Source of the DNA: Pseudomonadota bacterium
GTDB lineage: Bacteria; Desulfobacterota; Desulfobacteria; Desulfobacterales; JBDRRP01
Assembly: GCA_043825735.1 (NCBI GenBank)
Contig: JBDRRP010000092.1
Coordinates: 62,001-94,425, forward strand
Length of the DNA stretch: 32,425 bases
Direction: 5' to 3'
The position numbers were made by a program, and so were the translations under genes. The first letter of the stretch is position 1. Every line of letters begins with the position of its first letter. Shown here piece after piece: positions 26,718-32,425 of the stretch. A model generated the notes under the pieces. The model made no database searches. It was not told the DNA's origin and saw only the letters and a list, made by a program, of their open reading frames with translations.

Positions 26718-27758
26718 TTATCCTTCAGCTTCGGCCAGGTCCGGGTCCGTCCCTATCGCGGCAATCCTGTCGGCCCCGTCCCAGATGGTGTGCTCCTCCA
26801 CGGCCCGGTGCAGTTTCGCTCGGAGCAGTTTTGCCGAAGAAAAGTCGGCTGCCGTCAGATCGGCGTGGGAAAAATCCGCGTAGGTACAGTTGGCCTTTAC
26901 AAAACGTGTGCCCCGGCAGGCGGTTTTCACCATCAGCGCCTGCTCGAGGTTGGCGCCGCTGAAATCGGCCTGGGTCAGGTCGCTGCCTTCGAAGCAGGCC
27001 TGGTAGAGATCGGCGTTTTTAAAGCCGACCCCGGGAAGCTTGGCCCCGAGAAACACCGAGCGCTGCCCCTTGATGCCGCCGAGTTTTGCCTCGCGCATGT
27101 CGGCGTTCATGAAATTGGACTGGGTGACATCGGCGCCGGTAAAATCCGATCCCGTCAGGTCCGCGCCCCCGGCCTGAACCATGGCAAAGCGGGCGCCGCG
27201 AAAATCCTGCCCCGAAAGGGCGCAGTCCCTGAGAAAGGTCTTGAAAATGGTGGCCCCCTTGAGGACGGCCCCCGACAGATCCGCCTGGTAGAACACCGTT
27301 CGCGTCAGATCGGCGCCGGCGAGATCCGCCCCTTTCAGGGACGCTTTGTAAAGCAAGGTCCTGAGCAGCGTTGCGCCTTTAAAAGACGCTTTGTCCAAAA
27401 TGGTGTTGTCCATGACGGCGCTGGAAAAATCGGTTCCGGAAAGATCGGCTTCGGTAAAATCAGAGCCGGTGAAGACCGCCTTGTGACAGACGGCCCGGCG
27501 CAGGATGATCCCGCGCAGGTTCATTTTATACCAGACCACCTTGGTCAGGTCCACGTCTTCCACCCGCGCGCCCACGAAATCGCAGTTGGCAAAGCCGGTC
27601 CTCTGGATGCGAGCGCCGGACAATACCGCCCCCCGAAACACCACGTTTTCAAAACGAGCGCCGGACAGATCCGCCCCGGAAAGATCCATCCCAGAGAGAT
27701 CCACATTTTCGATGGTGTCGTCGCGCCGTATCGCTTCCAGCAGTTCCGCACGTGTCAT
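26718..27758 (-). CDS. Pentapeptide-repeat protein, cassette C
   Basis: 346 aa of pentapeptide repeats; paralogue of the A and B copies. Confidence 0.92.
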   Translation of the reverse strand: MTRAELLEAIRRDDTIENVDLSGMDLSGADLSGARFENVVFRGAVLSGARIQRTGFANCDFVGARVEDVDLTKVVWYKMNLRGIILRRAVCHKAVFTGSDFTEADLSGTDFSSAVMDNTILDKASFKGATLLRTLLYKASLKGADLAGADLTRTVFYQADLSGAVLKGATIFKTFLRDCALSGQDFRGARFAMVQAGGADLTGSDFTGADVTQSNFMNADMREAKLGGIKGQRSVFLGAKLPGVGFKNADLYQACFEGSDLTQADFSGANLEQALMVKTACRGTRFVKANCTYADFSHADLTAADFSSAKLLRAKLHRAVEEHTIWDGADRIAAIGTDPDLAEAEG

Positions 27759-27787
27759 GTCGCCTCAATCACCGGGTGTGGCTGCGG

Positions 27788-30700
27788 TCATTTTTTCTCT
27801 TTTTCGATTTCCGCAATCAGGTCAGTGCGCTTGTAAAGTTTTGTCATTTTCAGGTTGGCCTCGTCAAACCGGGTCTCGCCCACACCGGTGCGGTAGAACT
27901 CGGCACCGTAAAGATTGGCACCGCTCAGATCGGTGCGTACCAGTTTGGATTTTCTCAGGGACCCGGTCATGAGGTTGATTCCTTTCAGATTGGCGTCCGA
28001 CAGATCGGTCTTGGTCAGGCGGGCCTGCTTTGCCGATATGCCCGAAAGATCACTGGCGGACAGATCGCACTCCTGCACCAGCCCCCGCTTCAACTGTGCG
28101 CCCCGGAAATCGCTTTGTGACAGATCGGATTTCATCCAGCAGGCGCGCTCGGCGTTGGCGCGGGTAAAATCGCTGCGGGTCATGGCCGAACCGTTGAGAA
28201 TCCGTGAATTGTGCATGTCGGCGCCGGCGAAATTGACCTTGTCTCCGGTGGATTCGATAAAAATCGTTCCGCGCGCCGTACTTCTGGAAAAGTCGACCTG
28301 GTCGATGTTGGCCTTGAGAAAAACGGCCTTGGTGACGTCCGCCCCGGAAAAGTCGGCCTGCGAGACGTCCGTCGACAGGAAGTAGCCCTTGCCGGCTTTG
28401 GCATCGGTCAGTCGGGCGCCGATCAGTTTGGCCTTTTCCAGCAGCGTTTTGGTCAGCACGGCGCCGGTGAGATCGGCCCCGGTCAGATCCGCTTCGCTCA
28501 TGATGGCCTGGGTAAGATCGCTGCCGCTCATCCGGGCCTCTTTGAAAACCGCTTTCTGAAAGAGGCCTTTGGACATGACCGTCTGCCGGAGACTGGCTTT
28601 GGAAAAATCCGCCTCGTTGGCGATCGCCCCGGACAGATCGGCGCCGTCCAGATTGCAGCCCGTCAGGTTGGTTTTCTGGAATTGGGTCCTGCGCAAATCG
28701 ATGCCGCGAAAGTCGAGTCCGGAAAGATCGGCCCCGGCGAGGTTTTTCCCGGCCAGGCGGCCACCGTCGGCCAGCCGCTGGACGACGGCTTCCCGGTCCA
28801 GCGGTTTCAGGGGCGCCGGGTCATCGGGGTCGAGGCCGGCATCGATCATGAGCTTTCGGGCCCAGTCCGGGGGGCCGGCCGCAGCGGCGGCTTTGACCGC
28901 GGCCAGTTTTGCCTTGCCCTCGTCGTATTGCCGGGCTGCGTTGGTGAGAATCCCCATGTTTTTCTTTTCGACCTCGGCGAGCGTCTTTTCGACGTCGGGT
29001 GTGAGGGCATTGTGCTCGGCCAAGGTGTTTTTCATGGCAGCGAATTTCTGGGTAAATTTCTCCTTGGCAGCGTTATAGGGATTTGCCGCAGGCGTTTCGG
29101 ACTTTTTCGCCGCCGCGAAGACCGACTCGGGGGCTATGCCCCGGTCACGCAGCAGCTTTCCTGACCCAGCCATCATTTCCTTTTTCGATTTTTCCAGAGC
29201 ATCGCGGCCGGCCTGCATCTTTGCGGTCAGCCGGTTCCTCACTTGCCCGATGATGCCGGCCACATCGATGACGGGGACCAGCGCGGCCAGTGCCCCCGGT
29301 TCTGTGACGTCCACCTCCTTGGGTTTGTCGGCAAGGTCCGGTGCGTGTTCGGGATGCAGGGCGTCGGCGACCCACTGCCACAGGTCAACGCCCTCCTTTT
29401 TGGCCGCGAACAGTGTTTTTTCTTTCGGCAGGGCCAAGGCCTCCGCGGCCGGACAAACCGGTTGCCATGCGGCCGCGACGTCTTCGCCGGTGGCGGTGGC
29501 CTCGCACGCCACTATAAATTGCGGGGTCGTTTTAAGAAGCGCTTCGGCGGTTTTTCCCGGTGTGGCGTCCGGGGTTTTCATGGCGATGACGGCGGCCATG
29601 TCACCGATCTCCTGGTGCAAGAACAGCGCGTCCAGTTCTTCCGGTACCCGGATGAAGGCTTTGTCACCGGGGGAAATGACCATGGCCGCCGCTTCGGACC
29701 CCTCGACGATAACATCATTGTCAGTGTTCACAATCGCGCGGGTGAGGCGGGCCATATCGGGTGATTCCCCGGTATCCGCCGGTATCGGCCTAATGGTGAT
29801 GCGAACGATGCGCGCGCCATCAAAGCAGGGGATGACAAGCCCGGGCGGAATGATCAAGACGCTCGGATCGGGTGTGGATGCAGCGTTCGGTTTGAGACCC
29901 CACGCATCGCGTTGAAAGGTTTTTAATTCCGGGTTGATTCCGATCCAGGCCCTTTTGAGGGTGTACGGCCGAAAGCCCAGACTCCTGAAGGCCGACATCA
30001 GGTGGGGGCGCCGCTTCAGGGCATCGCGGCAGGGCTCGATGAACCGCATGCCGCTGTCCTGCCAGGGGTCGGTCGTACCGGCGAAGGCCGCGAAAAAGGT
30101 GTCCGGATCGAAGCCCGCATCTTTCAACAGCGCCGGGTCGATGCCGGCAACGGCCTGCCCGATCTGAGGACGCAGCTTCGAGAAGGTGTCGGCCTGTTTG
30201 GCCGTGACATCGTCCACGGTTGTGGCCAGCCCCGTGAGGCGGGTCTTGGCATCGGCGAACTGTTGCCGGGCCGAGGAAAAGGGGCTGGTGTCTATTTTCA
30301 TGCGGTGGCCATGTTTGGCTTTCAGAGCGAGTATCTTCTTTTCCGCGCCGTCCAGTCGCTGCTGACCCTTGTCGATGGTTGTCAGGGCGTTGTTGATGAC
30401 TTCGTGGGGTGTTCGCACCGGGCGAGGGGCATCTCCCAGGTTGCGGGCGACGGCGTCCGAGATTTCAAGGGGCAGGTCTTTCAATCGGTCGGCCGCGGCG
30501 GAAAGTTTCTCATGGGCTTTTTCCATGGCGCCGGCGATTTTGGTGCCGACGCCGCGATCCAGGCGTTTCAAAAACACTTCATGATAATGCTGGATGTCTT
30601 TGGGCGGATCCGCCGACAGTTCTGTGGCAATGAAGAGGTGATCCACGTCCAGCGCCTCGTCGTCGGCCACTACGGTGCTGCCCCGGAAAACGGCGATGCC

Positions 30701-31603
30701 CCGTTCGGCATGGGGAAAGAGCCAGAGCGTGTCGATATGGGTGTTGATCTCCTTGAAGATCCGCTCACCGTCTTTGCGGGCCATGTCTTCGCACTGGTTT
30801 AGAAAACACCGCTGGCGCAGCGCCGGGACCGCCGACATGAGCAGTGGCTTTTCAGGATGCATGTTGCGCACGGCGATGGGCTCTCCGGCCTGGAAGTACC
30901 GGTCCATCTGCTGGTCTTCGGGCGCGGCGTTGAAGTAGGTCCAGTCCATGTCGTCGGGGTAAAAGGGCCAGCGTTCCTGGAGCCAGCGTTCGTCGTAAGT
31001 GCCCACCTTTTTAGTGCGCTGCGGCCAAGTGAAGTCGATGGGGGCGAATCCCGCCGGTATCGGTCGATCGGAGGGCGCCCCGATGAGGCGACCCGGAATT
31101 TCAATGTTGGGCAGCGGCCGTATTTCCTGTCCCTCTGGAGAGAGAACCGGTGCGGCGCCGCGGCCCAGCGGGTTCTGCTCGAAACCGCTGCCCCCAAAAG
31201 CGCGCTGCCATGTGATCGGCATTTCGGTAAACGGCCGGGGATCGGTGATGACCTGGGCGGTCCCGCCCGCTTTTTGCCAGAACCGGTCGCCGAACACGTG
31301 AAGCGTTTTCTCGATGGCGCCCGCATGAAACCCCACCTCGCCGGCGATTCTGGGGGCGCCGCCCGGTGTGAAACACCGCCCCCAGACCAGCACCTCCCCC
31401 TTGAGTTTGGGCATGGCCGCGTCCAAAATGGCGTCCTTACCCAGTTCGCTCTGGACAAAGGGCCACAAGTCCTGTTCGCTCAAGGGGGCGTCCGGATCGC
31501 TGAACGCAAAGAACGTCAGCACGGTAAGGCTGAGGTAATATTTATCGGCCAGACCGAAATGGTTGAGCAGCAACCCGTGCTGTAGATCTTTGACCACTTT
31601 CAT
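27788..31603 (-). CDS. DUF2169 + helical/TOPRIM-like insert + pentapeptide-repeat protein, cassette C
   Basis: 1271 aa; same architecture and motifs as the A and B copies. Confidence 0.92.
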   Translation of the reverse strand: MKVVKDLQHGLLLNHFGLADKYYLSLTVLTFFAFSDPDAPLSEQDLWPFVQSELGKDAILDAAMPKLKGEVLVWGRCFTPGGAPRIAGEVGFHAGAIEKTLHVFGDRFWQKAGGTAQVITDPRPFTEMPITWQRAFGGSGFEQNPLGRGAAPVLSPEGQEIRPLPNIEIPGRLIGAPSDRPIPAGFAPIDFTWPQRTKKVGTYDERWLQERWPFYPDDMDWTYFNAAPEDQQMDRYFQAGEPIAVRNMHPEKPLLMSAVPALRQRCFLNQCEDMARKDGERIFKEINTHIDTLWLFPHAERGIAVFRGSTVVADDEALDVDHLFIATELSADPPKDIQHYHEVFLKRLDRGVGTKIAGAMEKAHEKLSAAADRLKDLPLEISDAVARNLGDAPRPVRTPHEVINNALTTIDKGQQRLDGAEKKILALKAKHGHRMKIDTSPFSSARQQFADAKTRLTGLATTVDDVTAKQADTFSKLRPQIGQAVAGIDPALLKDAGFDPDTFFAAFAGTTDPWQDSGMRFIEPCRDALKRRPHLMSAFRSLGFRPYTLKRAWIGINPELKTFQRDAWGLKPNAASTPDPSVLIIPPGLVIPCFDGARIVRITIRPIPADTGESPDMARLTRAIVNTDNDVIVEGSEAAAMVISPGDKAFIRVPEELDALFLHQEIGDMAAVIAMKTPDATPGKTAEALLKTTPQFIVACEATATGEDVAAAWQPVCPAAEALALPKEKTLFAAKKEGVDLWQWVADALHPEHAPDLADKPKEVDVTEPGALAALVPVIDVAGIIGQVRNRLTAKMQAGRDALEKSKKEMMAGSGKLLRDRGIAPESVFAAAKKSETPAANPYNAAKEKFTQKFAAMKNTLAEHNALTPDVEKTLAEVEKKNMGILTNAARQYDEGKAKLAAVKAAAAAGPPDWARKLMIDAGLDPDDPAPLKPLDREAVVQRLADGGRLAGKNLAGADLSGLDFRGIDLRRTQFQKTNLTGCNLDGADLSGAIANEADFSKASLRQTVMSKGLFQKAVFKEARMSGSDLTQAIMSEADLTGADLTGAVLTKTLLEKAKLIGARLTDAKAGKGYFLSTDVSQADFSGADVTKAVFLKANIDQVDFSRSTARGTIFIESTGDKVNFAGADMHNSRILNGSAMTRSDFTRANAERACWMKSDLSQSDFRGAQLKRGLVQECDLSASDLSGISAKQARLTKTDLSDANLKGINLMTGSLRKSKLVRTDLSGANLYGAEFYRTGVGETRFDEANLKMTKLYKRTDLIAEIEKEKK

Positions 31604-31621
31604 GATGGCGTTGCCTTTTTT

Positions 31622-32425
31622 TTACACCTGATTGATCACGGGCGCCTGTTGCACGGCGATGCCAGCATCTCTCAGGGTCGTTCCGGCGGTCGATGTGCGC
31701 TGCCCGGCATTGCCGACCATCAACCCGGCATCGGTGATCTGGGTTCCAGCCGAATTGAGGCTTTCGCCCACCGACTCGAGGCGTGCTCCGACGGTTGTCA
31801 TCTTGTTGAGCTGCGCGGAGACCTCTTGGTCCCGAGCCCGGACGGAGGCCGCCGCCGTTTGGGTCCGCTGGCCCAGGGCCTTTACGTCCTGGGCACGGGC
31901 CTCGGTCCAGGTGCCGATGTCGTCGCCATGGGTGATCGTCGCCCTGGAGATGGCGCCGGCCACCCGATTGCTCATTCCGGAAAACTGTTCTCTGGATTGT
32001 CGCCAGGCGAGATATCCGGCATAGGCTTCGAAGTTGTCAGCGGTCACTTCAATTTCGTCGTTTTTAAATTTTAGAAGACTGGGCACATGCATTTCGGTCT
32101 GGCATCCCAGGACGACATAGTTGCGCCATCCACCGGTGAAGAAGACCCGCAGCCCCAGCACCGAGTCCGTGACTTCGCCGAAGATGAACTCGATTTTCGA
32201 CTGGGCTTGGATTTCCAGCCAGCCGTCGGTTTTTTCCGCGACGCCCCAGTCGGTGGTGTTGGTCTTCTTGCCGCCTTCGGCCGCCGGCGGGTCGTTGTGC
32301 GCGCCGACGCGGATGAAGCTGCTTTGTTTGGGCACATGCATGAGGATGCGCTCACTGCCGGCCTTGTCCTCCATGTGGATCTTGCTGCCGCCGGCGGTGG
32401 TCAGCGCCGCCATGGTCTGATTGTC
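31622..32425 (-). CDS. vgrG: VgrG/TssI, cassette C (3' part only; gene starts beyond the window)
   Basis: Frame is open to the window edge. DNQTMAALTTAGGSKIHMEDKAGSERILMH...GAHNDP aligns with DQTMAKITT...IHMEDKDGSERILMH...GAPNDP of vgrG-A. Confidence 0.9.
   Translation of the reverse strand, partial: DNQTMAALTTAGGSKIHMEDKAGSERILMHVPKQSSFIRVGAHNDPPAAEGGKKTNTTDWGVAEKTDGWLEIQAQSKIEFIFGEVTDSVLGLRVFFTGGWRNYVVLGCQTEMHVPSLLKFKNDEIEVTADNFEAYAGYLAWRQSREQFSGMSNRVAGAISRATITHGDDIGTWTEARAQDVKALGQRTQTAAASVRARDQEVSAQLNKMTTVGARLESVGESLNSAGTQITDAGLMVGNAGQRTSTAGTTLRDAGIAVQQAPVINQV

Noticed and set aside
29357..30064. Prophage or active primase gene
   Set aside because: The segment is in frame within the DUF2169 proteins, lacks the catalytic acidic motifs and zinc finger, and no phage replication or integrase genes are nearby.

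Overview
GC-rich window, probably from a Desulfobacterota-type (deltaproteobacterial) genome; the taxon is inferred from gene content only. Left end: putA (+), converging on a minus-strand RiPP locus with a radical SAM/SPASM maturase (SbtM-like) and an SbtA-like precursor. The ORF track misses this precursor because it has in-frame UGA codons: two Ser-Gly-UGA sites, each followed by a SECIS-like hairpin, plus a third decayed unit. Next come a doubly deleted Phd/YefM-VapC toxin-antitoxin remnant and a long minus-strand T6SS-related region: a TssB-TssC fusion gene, a REP/MITE-like inverted repeat, a hypothetical gene, and three tandem cassettes of vgrG - DUF2169/pentapeptide - pentapeptide - DUF3540 - DUF4150 (PAAR-like). 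The cassettes have no recognisable toxin or immunity gene. The three VgrGs share a conserved core but end in unrelated heptad-repeat tails. All three DUF2169 proteins carry an internal ~215-235 aa domain resembling a catalytically degenerate DnaG/TOPRIM primase core. All family calls come from motif recognition by eye, not from database searches.
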